DNA of 63,075 bases, the filler included, from Diploschistes diacapsis (lineage: Eukaryota): the NCBI GenBank assembly GCA_023645945.1. It is 35 parts of 35 records of this genome, joined end to end, with 100 filler letters (N's around TTAATTAATTAA, not from the genome) between each part and the next. Parts side by side here need not be neighbours in the genome. Positions count along the whole stretch, not along the records: positions 11,557 to 12,739 come from JALAIB010003689.1; positions 12,840 to 32,366 come from JALAIB010000369.1; 33 more parts are not named here. One strand, 5' to 3'. The notes beneath the pieces are model-generated. The model saw only the letters and a list, made by a program, of their open reading frames with translations. It ran no database searches and was not told the DNA's origin. Position numbers and translations under genes: made by a program. Shown piece after piece: positions 12,082 through 24,958 of this stretch (the stretch's first letter is position 1; each line of letters begins with the position of its first letter).

Positions 12082-12900
12082 GATATTATATTTCCATGAA
12101 TCCACGGACACGGATACCGCAATTAAAAAATCTAAAACATGGATAACAATACGGATATTATATTTCCGTGGATCCACGGACACGGATACCGCAGCAAAAA
12201 AATCTAAAACATTAACACTGACGGCCAGCCTAATTCAAACATACGGATTATTCGATTCGAATAACGTCGAATCGGATTAATTAATTTTAAAACGGCTCGC
12301 AAAGTTTAATTAAATTCTTTATTAATCTTTCGTAGTTCAGTCGTATTTAATAAAAAATTATATAATAAAAATAAATCCAAATCGAATTGATTCAAAATTA
12401 AAAAAGAGTTATAAAATAAAAATAAAAAAGTCCGATAAATCGAAAAAAGCTTATTAAATACGGTTATAAAATTAATAAATTATAATCCAATATTTATAAA
12501 ATCCCGTATTTTTTATACGTAAAATATTTGTTTTTTTAACAATTCTCGCATTATTTAATATAATTTATAATTTATTCCTTTATTCCTTCGAAATAATAGT
12601 TTCGTTAAATAACTTTAATAATATTCGTAATACCTTTATGTCTATATTCCGATAAATCATAATATTGTCGTATATAATTCTATATCCTCTTTATAAAAAT
12701 ATATAACTTCCGTTATATCATTAAATACTGTTCTAATTGNNNNNNNNNNNNNNNNNNNNNNNNNNNNNNNNNNNNNNNNNNNNTTAATTAATTAANNNNN
12801 NNNNNNNNNNNNNNNNNNNNNNNNNNNNNNNNNNNNNNNGGGTTTGAGGTAGATTAAAGACTGCGATGAAAGGGGGAGGGGGAAGGGAAGAGCGACGTAC

Positions 12901-13636
12901 TGGTAAGCAGCGGCATCTCCCACGCCGCGATCCGCATGTACTCCCTGATCTCCCTGTGCTGCTCCAGGTGGCCGTGTCCCAGGCTCGTCATGTCGTCCCC
13001 CTCAAACGTCTCGTCCTCGTCCCCCGCGTCCAGCTCGTCGTCCTCGCCCATGCCCATGAACCCGGGCTTCTCCTTCCGCCGCCGCTCCCTCGGCGGCATC
13101 ACCAGCTCCTTGCGCGTCTCGCGCACCGCTTCCGCCAGCGCCGCGTTGCCCGCCGCCCGGTACGACGCCACGGCCTGCCGCGCGTTCGGCGGCGGCTGCT
13201 CCAGGAACGACTGCCACTCTTCGTCGGAGATCTCGTCGGCCGTCGCGAGCGAGATGTCGTCGGCGGCGTCCTCGTCGAGCGAGAAGAGGGACGGAGGGGC
13301 CGCTTCCGACTCGGGGAAGCTGTCGGGCTCCGTGCGCGCCAGCGGCTCCAGGTCGCTGTCCGCGGAGGTCGCGGACGATTTGTCGATCTGGTGGTGCAGC
13401 TCTTCCAGGTCTCTGGCTGCGGAGTCGGCGGCGTCGGGGTCGGCTTCCGAGTTTGGGAGTGCGGACGGGGGTTCTTGGGCGCCCTTGGGCGGTGACGAGG
13501 AGGAGTCGGCGCGGTGGATCTGCGAGGCGTGGAAGGGGCGGATGCATTGTGCGCGGGGACGAACGGCAGCTCGGGGCCGGATGCGATACGAGGTTCGGGT
13601 TGCTGTTAGGCAGATTCTGTTGAGTGCTGACGCCAT
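12901..13636 (-). CDS. RSM24: Mitochondrial small ribosomal subunit protein mS35/Rsm24, first exon (rest lies off the contig)
   Basis: Arg-rich presequence MASALNRICL..PFHAS; DDMTSLGHGHLEQHREIREYMRIAAWEMPLL motif; GTACGT donor at 12900. Confidence 0.8.
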
Positions 13637-13934
13637 GGCTGTTATGGCTCGCGCTGAGTTATCGAACTTTCTACCGAGAAGCGTGGTTCGATAGGTATGA
13701 TGGAAGCTAGAAATTTTGATGGTCCGTGCGCATAGCTTAACTGCTCGGCAGCCGCAATGGGTCGCACTATCACCGAATTCAGGGTGCATGTTGAACTTTA
13801 TCAAAAACTGCTCAGCAACGAGTTATGACCAATTGAATAATATCGCCTCTTCAAAGCACAAACTCCATATTCCATTCTTCTATTTTCATCCGTGATACTT
13901 CCCATAGGAAAGGCTCTCTGAAAACTGATCCAAC

Positions 13935-15628
13935 ATGGCTTCAGAGCAGGCAACGGTGTCGGCTGGGGATGTCTCTAACAAACTTTGGGGTGGTCGATTT
14001 ACCGGTCAGGAAAGCTTTGCAGATTTTCATAAATTGGCTTATGTAACGTTTAGGTGCTATTGATGATCTTATGATGAAATTCAATGAATCCCTCTCCTTC
14101 GATAAAGTCCTTTATAAGGCCGATATCGAGGGATCCATAACTTATGCCAAGGGCCTCCATCAACTTGGAATCCTAACGCGAGATGACTTGCACCAAATGA
14201 TATCGGGTCTGAAAGAGGTAGAAAGAGAGTGGGCGGAAGGCAAATTCGTCGTCATACCTAGCTCTGATGAAGATATACATACGGCGAATGAGCGCCGGTA
14301 AGCTAAAACATCACAGCACTACGAGACCTTGTCGCTAAGCACTGATGTATCCTAGGCTTTCGGAGTTGATCGGGTCTTCAATAGCAGGTAAACTCCATAC
14401 TGGCCGCTCCCGTAATGATCAGATTGCCACGGACATGCGACTTTGGGCTCGAGAACAACTTTCCGAGCTTGAACAACTGTTGAAAAGTACTCTTCAGGTG
14501 TGCGCAGCAAAGGCAAAATCCAATCTTTCAGCTTTAATGCCTGGTTATACACATCTCCAACGCGCGCAGCCCATCCGCTTCTCCCATTGGCTCCTATCTC
14601 ATGCAAATTTCCTTGTCAACGATCTCCACCGGCTCAAGGGCGTGCGAGAGAGAGTGGATTCCTGTCCGGTACGGCGCCATTCCAGGCCTCCTTCAATCGA
14701 CTTCTTATTAACCAAGAGTAGTTGGGAGCTAGCGCTCTTGCTGGAAATCCGTATGGCATTGATCGACAATTCCTTGCCAACGATCTGGTGTGTGCGCCTC
14801 CTCTTGCCTTGTTTTGTGAAACATGAAACCGTCTGATCAAGTCAACGTAGGGTTTTGCCTCGGTTCATCCCAATTCCTTAGCAGCAGTCGCAGATCGAGA
14901 CTTTGTTGTTGAGATTCTTCAATGGTCCAGCCTCTTGATGGTTCACCTTAGCCGCCTGAGCGAAGATATCATCCTCTACTCCACGGCCGAATTTAGCTTC
15001 CTTCGGGTTGCTGATGCTTATAGTACCGGTAGCAGCCTGATGCCACAGAAAAGAAATCCGGATAGTTTGGAGCTAATCCGAGGCAAGGCTGGACGGGTCA
15101 TGGGACAGGTAAAACTATTTCCATCTTTGAGAAGCGAACGATCATTCTGATGAAGGATAGGCAACTGGATTTCTGTCTACGTTCAAAAGCCTGCCGACCT
15201 CCTATAATAAGGATCTTCAGGAATCGGTTGAGCCACTTCTGGATTGCGTCAAGACTGTTTCTCTCTGTCTCAATATCATGCAGGGTGTACTTGGCACTCT
15301 CGAAATTAATGCTGAGAAGATGCATTCAGCTCTTACAGCTGATATGTTAGCGACTGATGTTGCCGATTATCTTGTCGCCAAGGGCGTCTCGTTCAGAGAA
15401 ACACATCATAATGCTGGTTCTGTTGTCCGCAAAGCTGAAGAGCTCGACGTCTCCATCGCAGAGCTATCGCTCAAAGATCTCCAAGAGATATCGTCTCTTT
15501 TTGATACTGATATTGCCGATGTTTTCGACTTTGAGAAGAGCGTGGAGAGGAGGTCAGCGATAGGTGGTACCAGCCGCCAGTCGGTTCTGGTACAGATTTC
15601 ATCTATTGAGGACCTTACCAAATTTTGA
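13935..15628 (+). CDS. ARG4: Argininosuccinate lyase; exons 13935-14004, 14054-14297, 14356-14668, 14722-14787, 14851-15108, 15161-15628
   Basis: [54 protein letters not shown]; five GT-AG introns keep the frame. Confidence 0.96.
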
Positions 15629-15918
15629 TTTTTCTTGCACCTAGAACTCCAGCAATTTCCAGAACAGTGACGAGGGAACTGAGCCCCATCTGTGTTTAGA
15701 ATACCTTTGATTGGATATAGAATGCTTTCACCTTCGGATAGAGGAATCCATCAATGGCGAGATCTTGTGCCATAAGTTTGGGGATATTGAGAGCCTGGTC
15801 ATAGGCGGCTGTGTGAGCAATGATCTCGCACTTTGATCTTGAGGGTGAGAAGGTATAAGCTGTCAGGAGTTCTTCTGAACACAACTTAAGAGCTTATTCG
15901 AGATCTAGCCATCCTTTC

Positions 15919-17125
15919 TCATGGGTATTCTAGCCAACTATCCCACTCTTGGCCGAGATAGTCCACAATAATGCCCAATATGCACGGCCCTGCGTTCCCA
16001 ACCTGCCACATATTCCTCCCATAATGCAGCAACAAGGCACAATACCCCAGCAAGACCAGGGCTTCGGGCCGTTTGGCCGCCAACAAGCCTGTAAACTCTG
16101 GAGGCGCTGGCATCGGCCATGGGAAGATCACCTGGTAGCGGTTGCAATGCTTCTCCTTCTCCGCCAACACTGCATCGAACCCGACCTGCATGTACTTGAT
16201 CGCTACTCGACACGCTTCCTTGCCATCTCTCCCCGGCCCGTCCGCGCCGTCTACCGGCTCTCCTTGGTCCGCTGGCAGTGATTGCCTCTCGGCGGCCGCG
16301 AGGTGAACCCCGAGCTCCACGACAGGATCGGCTCGAGCTCTGACTCCATCAGCAACGGTCACACGGTGCAGGCTACGGTATGGATGCCTCTGTGCAACTC
16401 CAGGCACTGCATGTAATGGGTCATGAATGCTTCTAGCCCGCCCAGATCCGGCATTGCGAGCATGTGGGCAAGCAAATGATGCCCTAGGATCGACGAGAAG
16501 AGGAGTACAGCGACGCAGTTGGGCTGGTCAATCTCGCTCCAGGCGGCTCTGAAGAGCGAGACTGTGCGGGTTTGCAAGGCGACGGCCTGGTGGAGGTAGG
16601 AGGCCGAAGATTCAGGATGCAGGAATGCTAGATGGCGGGCGGACAAGGCGAGCAGCTGATGCAAAAGATACGGCGATTCGAGACCCGTCTTCAGGCCAAA
16701 GACAAGGTCGGCGGAGTAGGTGCCGGCGAGCTTGACGTCGGGGAACGTCCCTTTATCACGGGTCAAGTGGATGAGAAGTTCCATATGGTTGAGGTTGATG
16801 GCATCCTCAATGGTTGGGTCGTGATGGTTATTGAAGATTGCACGGCCCGGCGAGCCGAGATGAGACTGGGAGGTGGCAGTTGGTGGGGTGACATCGGATA
16901 GGGTGACAGCCTCTTGGCTGTGGTTGTCGCCTGGGTTTGTGGACCGCTCAGGAGGAGAGGTGCTCGATGTAAAGAAATTTTCCGGCGGGCTCGGGGATGC
17001 ATAACTGCAAATCCGCTCGCACATGGTGCAAAGGAGACATACAGGGCGACCTCCATCACACCGATGGTTTGGAAAGACTGAAGATCAGCATCAGAGCATA
17101 TTACCTTGACATCCTGTCGCTTTGC
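15919..17125 (-). pseudogene. Upc2-like Zn(II)2Cys6 transcription factor pseudogene
   Basis: Half cluster CDGGRPVCLLCTMCERICSY; PYLLHQLLALSARHL and PEALVLLGY motifs; TGA at 16359-16361 where W is expected; frameshift near 16260; acceptor reads CGG. Confidence 0.8.
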
Positions 17126-17463
17126 TATTTAATCAAGATTAGCAGTTGCCCAAGAGGAATAAGGGGTAAGCGCAGAGAGTTAGGCGCGTTCCCCGTGACT
17201 TGCTTAACTAATACGCGTTAATTCTGTCAAGACAACGTCCTTTGTACAATTGTATTACTAAGCCTAGAACCGAACGACCAAAGGTCTAAGTTATCAGCAG
17301 TCGTCTTCACCTTCGACAGCCATTTCTACTGCATTTTAAAGAAAGCCCAGGAAAGGTTATTAATCATCATTCCATTGCATTCTGCTTCCAGTACTTTCCT
17401 ATCTCTGTAAAGTGCTTTTCACTTGTTTGTTCTTACAGAGAGCTACGCAAATCCTCGTAAGTT

Positions 17464-18190
17464 ATGGCAGCCGAAGAAAGACAGCCCAAGCTCTGCTTTG
17501 TAACTATTGGAGCTACTGCGAGCTTTGACTCGCTCATCGAAGCTGTGCTGGATATTAGATTTATTCAAACTCTACGAGATGCCAGATACTCTGAGCTACG
17601 AGTCCAACATGGCAAGCAAGGCAAGTTAATGTTCGACGAATTCGTCAAGACGCACAGGAGGGGCCGGCATTCAACCGGCGATGAACTTATCGAAGGCGTG
17701 GTAGTCGGAGGCTTCGATTACAAGCGTCGGGGTCTTGCAGAGGATATGCGCCAGGCTAAAGGTGGTATCGACGGGCATGTGGAAGGCGTCGTTATTAGCC
17801 ACGCCGGTGAGCTACCATCGACTCACCTAGGCTGCGGGTTAAACTGAGAGTGAACGGTAGGAACTGGCTCGATTCTGGATGCTTTCCGTGCCAACGTGCC
17901 GCTCATCGTCGTGCCCAACACTGGTCTCTTGGATAACCATCAGCAAGAGCTCGCGGATGAGCTTGCACGCCAAAGATATGTAGTGGTCGGCAGGACAGGG
18001 TAAGAACGATGCGTCTTTTGCCTGCAGGAGCTGACCACGCTCGGTCAGTGGTCTCTCGGCCAGTGTCCTCGAGATTGAGGAACAGCGTCGACATCGGAAG
18101 CCGTGGCTCCCTTTGAACCACAGGGACGGTTTGACTCCTAGCAAGCGACTAATGGCAGTTCTTGACGAGGAAATGGGATTTGTGGACTAA
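17464..18190 (+). CDS. ALG13: UDP-GlcNAc transferase subunit (GT28 C-terminal); exons 17464-17806, 17861-17999, 18049-18190
   Basis: [44 protein letters not shown]-terminal LDEEMGFVD. Confidence 0.93.
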
Positions 18191-19562
18191 GCTGAGATCA
18201 GTTACATGATAGCATGCTTTTGAAAGTCTTGTTATATCGAAGTAATTCCCTGCCGATCTGTTATACATCCCTGCGCTGCAGCCAAGCACAATTGTCATGC
18301 CCTTGGCAGAGGACCCAATATCGTTTGAAAGCATAGATTCCATAGGATAAGGCACCCGGCAACAACACCTCGTCTCGATGTGTCGATCTCTAGCATGCGT
18401 AACGGCAAACCAGGCGTTTTATCTACAGCTCCCTAGTCGGTTCAAAGGTTCGGAGGTAGGTTGCGACAAGCTTTGCACCATGCGGTTGCAGGACGCTTGG
18501 GTCTTGGGAATGGCGATATGTCCTAAAGATAGCTCAACAGGTACCTGGGGTGCACGGGTCCAACAATAGATCAGCATTACAGCGTTGTCTCTGGTCTCTG
18601 TTTAGACATCATCGCGTCAGGAATGAAGTCCGGAGAGGGTGCGCTGAATGATCGGCTTCTATAACGTCAGTGCATTATACACAAGTAACGTCTGGATATT
18701 TTGATTTCAGGACTTCCTGTGTTCAAATTTCGCATGAAGATGTGCTCCCTCCGCATCTGGAACTGTTACAACGTGCATCTCGTCTGCCACCGGTAAGTTG
18801 GGATTTGTGACTTCATCCAACTTGTGGCATCTTACTATGAATCGTAGCATCTCTGAGATGTCATGATCACACGAAGATCTATTTCCCCTGCAAAAGACCA
18901 TCAACAGCTATTCCTAAGTCTTTCAAGTCTCGGTGAAAGAAAACTCGAATCGCACAACAGCCGGAATCAGGACTTTACACCGCGGCGGAACCTCTTCCCT
19001 GGATGGTTGTCCTCAATCGGGCGAACAAAATAGATGCCCATGTCAACACTGTCGTCAACCATGGCAGCGTTTGACAATTGAATCCTACGGGCGTATGCGG
19101 ACAGCCGCATATCAGGCTCGAAAAACTAGGCGAGGTGAGATGAAAAATTGAAATTATCTCCCTAGGAGGATTCTATGGCCACTCATTACTTTGTTGTCGA
19201 TAAGTATGATGGTTGAAATCTTCTCGTCAGTGAATGTGGTTTATCTTTGGTAGCCTGAGCTTTCATCATCACATGAGAAGTTTACGAATGGAGGGCAAGT
19301 CCTTCTTTACCAGTCCAAAAGCTACTGTCACTATCCAATTTTACTCTCAGACAGGCAAAGATGTCAACTTTACAATTTCCAGCAGTGGGTATCATTTCCC
19401 AGATGCCCGTGGGTTCCCTTATGTTTCCTGTATATATGTATCAGACTCCCGCTAAACTTTAGTTTCCTTTTATCCCCTCCAAAGCGTTCGGCTAAAGGCT
19501 ATAGATACTAGGTTTTGTTAGCTTTCTGTCCGTGTCTTGTCACACCTGTTTCGTCTAACATT

Positions 19563-21080
19563 ACGAGGGAACAAAGAACTTCTCTCTCATATCTGGCTAG
19601 TCTGCTAGTCTACTCCAAGTTATAGCACAGTCTTCTGGATCCAACCAGAGCGGTGACTTGCCACCATACTCATCCGGCTCGTTAGGAGGCACCGAGGCTC
19701 TGCTTGGAGCTGATGGCAATCCTTTCAATCCTCTCAATCCAGTCGATACAGCAGCTGCGAGCGATCCTCAATATGTGCCAGAACAAAAAGAGTCTTCCAC
19801 GCCAGGCCTATACCTAGACTTCGAACAAGCAGACCAACCTCAGCCTGTACGGGTACCTCAGGAGGCTCTGATCCTGGACATCGTAAGCCAAGTGAGATTC
19901 CTGACATTACTAGCGGCTGACGCAATTACTGGCAACTCCTTCTATGATCAACAGAACAGTGACCTCTCCGCCCCGCCAGACAGTGATGCTGACGATACAT
20001 CCAACTCTAAATGGCCCATGGGCCTTAGCCACAACCGGCTAGGACTCAACAGCGCAGGTTGGGCGCGGCAACAGAACACCGACGTCTTCCCCGCCGCCAC
20101 CGCCATAGCTAGCGTCGACATGCGCCTCGAGCCCCACGACTACGCGAACTCCACTGGCACAGAGCCGCCGAGTGGTCTCTCATCCTCAGCGGTAGCGTCC
20201 GCATCGCGGCTATGAACGAGAACGGCCAGTCCTTCGTCGACGACCTACAGGAAGGCGATGTCTAGTTCTTCTCGTCTGGCGTCCCGCACTACATCCAAGC
20301 CGGCCACCAAAGGGTCGAATTCTTGCTCATCTTCGACCAAGACTCCTTTTCAGAAGGCGCCACCTCTCTCGTCTCCGAGATGCTTCTTGGCAATCCCAAG
20401 TCCGTCATAGCCAAGGACTTCCGCACCGACGTTCTCCGCCTTCGCTAACCTCACCATCGACCAGCGCTACATCTTCCTGGACACCGCCTTACCGCACAAC
20501 ATCTCCGAGCAGAAGGTCACCCGGCCCCGCCGGCGCGCTGCCCAAATCCGACTCGTACTCTTATCACTGGTCACAGCAGCAGCAGCTCGAAGTGGACGAC
20601 GGATCCGTCAAGATCCTGGACCCGCAGACCTTCCCCATCGCCAGCTCCTTTTCCTTAGCCCTCGTCACGCTCAAGCCCGGCGCTATGCGTGAGCTGCACT
20701 GGCACCTCACATCGGACGAGTGGGACTTCTACCTGCAGGGCAGAGCGCGCCTGACCACCTTTTCCCCACCGCAAAGCTCGCGTACCTTTGACTTCCAGAC
20801 CGGCGACGTCGGCTACGTCGAGAACACGGGGGCCGAGGACGTCGTGTTTTTGGAGGGTCGTGCAGGCGCCGCGGTATGCGGATATCTCGGTCGCGCAGTG
20901 GCTCGGGCTTACGCCCAGACAATGGTTAAGGATACGCCGGGTTTGGGGGAAGATTTTATTGATAAGAAGCCGCAGTACGAGCAGCTTATTATGTAAAGCG
21001 AACGGTACGGTAACGAACTTTGGTAGCTATGCGCCGCCGGGTGGCGAGGAAGTTGGGCAGGAGGCGAGGAAGAAGATCAA
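19563..21080 (+). pseudogene. oxdC: Oxalate decarboxylase (bicupin) pseudogene; ends approximate
   Basis: KWPMGLSHNRL, GWARQQN, two RELHWH motifs; frameshifts near 19852, 20143, 20855; TAG at 20263; second-domain His segment deleted. Confidence 0.88.
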
Positions 21081-21393
21081 AAGGGAGTTTTTACGGCCAA
21101 GTGCTTCGCAATTCTGCACATGTATGTCACGGTTCCTTTTGTTGTGTATATTTAATGTCGAGCCTTCATATGTTACTCGATGTGTCATCTGCGGGATCCA
21201 AATCAGAACACTTTGTATCTGAACAACCACATCGTCATATCATCTACTTGTACAAAACCATTGTGCCTATTGCCGTGCTTCCGCCAATCATGATGAGCAC
21301 ATACCTATTCCATAGTAATAACACATTCCATAGTCATATCTGGTACATGTAGGCGTTAGTTGGCCCCACGTCTGCCTCCGACATCCAAGCACA

Positions 21394-23219
21394 TCACAGC
21401 TTTGCCCTCCGATCCAGGTACTGTTTTATTCCCACAGCGACTGTAACAACGAATTCGGAAGTATGTCAGCCCATGATCCCCACGAACGGAGTCGAGTAGA
21501 TGAACAACGATGCAAGGGAAACAATGAAATTGCTTCTCCCACCTTCAGGGGGAAGAAAAGGGGCAAGAACGAATGAAGCAGACAACAAGCAAACGAACAA
21601 AACACAGCACAACTCGTGATCACCACAAGACAAAACCAAAAGCAACCACTCACCCAGCAAGACTACCCCCAAACTCCACCCCTTCCTCTCAAACAACCAC
21701 TCCCAAATCCTCACCCTCACCCCCCCCTCCCGATCGAAATTGGGCGTCGTGCTGCTCATCCCCCTAATCTGCTTCATCTTATGATTTGTATACGGGGGGT
21801 ACCTGACGGCCAACAGTCTCTCCGCCCAGCCCGGCGTCGTCGTCACCGTCCTCTGATGCGTAAAACAGTCAAAACTCGCCTTCCCCCTGTACGCGCCCTG
21901 GCCCGACTGGCCGACGCCCCCAAACGGCAGCATATGATTTCCCGCGTGGAAAATGGTGTCGTTGACCGTGGCGCCCCCCGAGCGCAGGCGGCCGAGCACC
22001 TTCTCGACCTCGGCCTTGTTGCCGAATGGATACGCGGCCAGGGGCGTGGGGTCGACCTCGTTGGCGACGCGGATCGCGTGGTCGAGGTCGTCGACCGCCA
22101 GCAGCGGGAGCAGCGGGCCGAAGTGCTCGTCCGCCACCAGCGGGTCCGTGGCGTCGGCCACCTGCACGACCGTCAGCTCCATGAAGCGCGTGCCCTCGTC
22201 CATTTTGCCGCCCAGCAGGATCTTGCCGCGCGTGCTGTCGAGGAGGGACTTGAGGCGCTGCCAGCCTCGTGCCGTGGCGATCCGGCCGAGATCTTTGGAG
22301 GCGGCCATGCCGTCGGGGTAGAACTCGGCCAGGCAGGCGCCCAGCTCGGAGACGAGGGCCGGCAGCACGGCGCGGTCGACGAGCGTGTAGTTGTGCGCGA
22401 TGCACGTCTGCCCTGCGTTCAGCGCTTTGCCCCAGAGCAGGCGGCGCGCGGCGAGCTTGACGTCCGTGTTCCGCGTGACGATGGCCGGGTTGCGCCCGCC
22501 CAGCTCGAGGGTGACGGGGGTCAGGGTCTCGGCGGCCTTGCGGGCCACGATGCGGCCGACGGGGACGCTGCCGGTGTAGAAGATCTTGTCCCAGCGCTGG
22601 TCGAGGAGGGCCGTGCTTTCGGGGATGCCGCCCTGGACGCACGCGTAGCACGACGGCTCGAGCACGGACATGATGCGGCCGACGACGGCGGCGACGTGCG
22701 GCGCTTGCTCGCTGGGCTTGACGACGGCGGTGTTGCCGGCGGCGATGGCGCCGACTAGCGGGCCCAGCGCGAGCGAGACCGGGTAGTTGTATGCGCCGAG
22801 GATGAGCACGGTGCCGAGGGGCTCCCGCTTGATGCGCGGCGACATGGGCCACAGCGTGATGGGGAGGTCGGACACGCTGCCGTCTTTCATCCATTTTGGT
22901 AGGTGTTTGCAGGCGAATAGTATGTCGCTCTTTACGAAGTCCGTCTCGCTCAAATATACCTCGAACATCGGCTTTCCTAGGTCTTTGGCCAGGGCTTCCA
23001 GAAGGGCGGCCTCATTGTCGTGCAGTCTGCAGAGCGTTAGCGCTTGCTTGCGCTCAAGTCGCTTACTTAATCGTACCCCCAAAACAGCTTGCGAAGCTGC
23101 TGAAGTCGGAAGCCAATGGGCTTCGTGACCTGGGTGTTGAAGGCTCCGCGCAGGCCATTGACAAGAGGCTCGATTTGCTCAGTGGGCGTGTGCTCGAACG
23201 GGGGCAGTGACTCCGCCAT
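21394..23219 (-). CDS. HFD1: ALDH3-family fatty/apocarotenoid aldehyde dehydrogenase (HFD1/CarD-like); exons 23219-23077, 23026-21654, 21440-21394
   Basis: AYNYP, FYTGS, TLELGG, NAGQTCIA, EHFGP, PFGGVG; hydrophobic C-terminal segment; spliced end KQYLDRRAKL. HFD1 versus CarD/YLO-1 orthology unresolved. Confidence 0.88.
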
Positions 23220-24725
23220 GGCGACAAGGTGCGACTAGAAGAAACCTCTTCGTTGTGCAACTAGATATATTAATATTATTAACAGAAAACTTCAGCAGAT
23301 GGTAGTCGGCACAACAGCTTGTTCTGGCCTCTCTCGGCTTCGGGGTTGTTGCATATGTAGGTTAGGGTGGTAGGACCGAGGTTAGATAGAGCTATCCTAC
23401 TCGGTTGAGTTCTTAGTGTCATTCCATACGGGCAAAGCCCAATATGGTCCAGTGGAAAGCATATAGAAGTGGTTTGCGCTAACCACTGAGCCGAATTGGT
23501 AGCCGTACAAGAGATCGCCGTTCATCACATATCTTTCATAATCCCAAATTTGCATTGGCTCAGGTTGGAGCCGTCTACATCTACAGTAGGTACACAAAGA
23601 TATCACATTCAGCCCTTGAATGAGTGTCAAACTGGAAGCCTGAAGTACAGCAAGTGTTCGAGTAAGCTACAGAACTATGTCGCTCGCATAGCCGCCAATC
23701 GATTATCTATTGGGTATTTTGTTGCTCCTGCCTGAGTGCAAAGAAGCTCCAGCCTGCTGTGGATGGTTTTTGCTTTGACCTTGTGCTTCAGATTGTTGCT
23801 GTTATCGTGCTTGAACAGGTTTCTATCAGCGCGAGTTATAGTAGCAACACGACGCTCTCAACGTCTCAGATCGAAAAGCAGGTAAGGAAAAGTTTTCGTT
23901 ACATAGCATCTTACTTATCTACCTCCATCTGCGCGCTTTTATTTGACTCGCTCAAGATATTGTTTATTATTGATTTACTATTCGCTATTGCCGCTGTGGT
24001 TGACCCGCCTCCCTAAGAGGGCAACTACTCGATATAGGCCAGTGATAGCACCGCCGTCTTGGAGAATTGGCTTACATGCATCTCCAATTGCATCTGCACG
24101 TTATACCAGTGCCAGATGTACTTCGATAATGCCATCCATTGTGTAACGCCTTGGCCCGCGCAGATTTGTATTGAGGATGAGCCTTGATTCAAGGCAAACG
24201 TGGCGCGCCCTTCATAAGAGCCGGTGCGCGTTATCGAGAGTAGGACTCCTGGTATCAGAGATTCAACGCACATTATCGGCTGGCATTGACACAGTCCATC
24301 GCGTTGATGAATGGAAACGACGAGATCAGGGAGTTTATTCTTGCAGCAGCTACGGGACACTCTTTAGCAGTGGGCTGCTAAGGGGATACGAGAATCTGTT
24401 CTGGGAGACTCGCGAGAAAGACAACCCTACCGGGGTGCAACTTGACGTTCTATTGCTCAGAGTATGCTGGGTGGAATGGAAGGGGCATATTTAGACACGC
24501 TCCCCGCGTAGTCCTGGCAGTCCACTTTGATTAGATAAAATTGCAAAAAGGGCAACACAAGGTTCGGACAATGAAATCAGCATCAAAGGCCTGTTACTGT
24601 TCTAATCCAGCGTAGATTCATCGTCAAATCAGAACATCGTGACTGCTCAGCAAGCGTGATAGAAATGACTCAGCATTAACGGCACTGTGATTGGACAGAC
24701 GTCAACTCACGGTCAATGCGCCTAC

Positions 24726-24758
24726 TCGCGTCGAGGCCGCGTCCGCGTCCGCACGCGA
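24726..24758. promoter_or_regulatory. Cluster of four ACGCG (MCB-like) cores upstream of POL2
   Basis: TCGCGT, CCGCGT x2 and ACGCGA in 33 bp, ~200 bp before the ATG; fits MBF G1/S control. Confidence 0.55.
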
Positions 24759-24958
24759 TTAATATATCGTTTGAAGCTCCGCTATCCTATACTGAGCACA
24801 TATGTTCACTATTCACTGCATGTGCTCTGCGGCTGTCATTGTTGTGTATTCTTGTCCGACCGTTGCCTTTCCATTCTTGTTCTCTCTTATTTCAGCTATG
24901 CATCTTAGTTAATAAGCAAATCTCCTCTTTTCCGAAGTCTGAGAACCAGGTCGTCAAC

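Noticed and set aside
18920..18945. HRDLK kinase-like motif on the minus strand
   Set aside because: No following Asn, no DFG, stop soon after; likely chance
21616..22894. Long alternative-frame and antisense ORFs over ALDH (likewise RSM24 and POL2)
   Set aside because: Shadow ORFs caused by high GC at third codon positions
23300..24700. Several 60-110 aa ORFs between ALDH and POL2
   Set aside because: No recognisable motif or consistent exon structure; treated as intergenic
24716..24958. 81-aa N-terminal extension of POL2
   Set aside because: Runs through promoter and pyrimidine-rich UTR; ATG at 24959 has good context (CAACATG)
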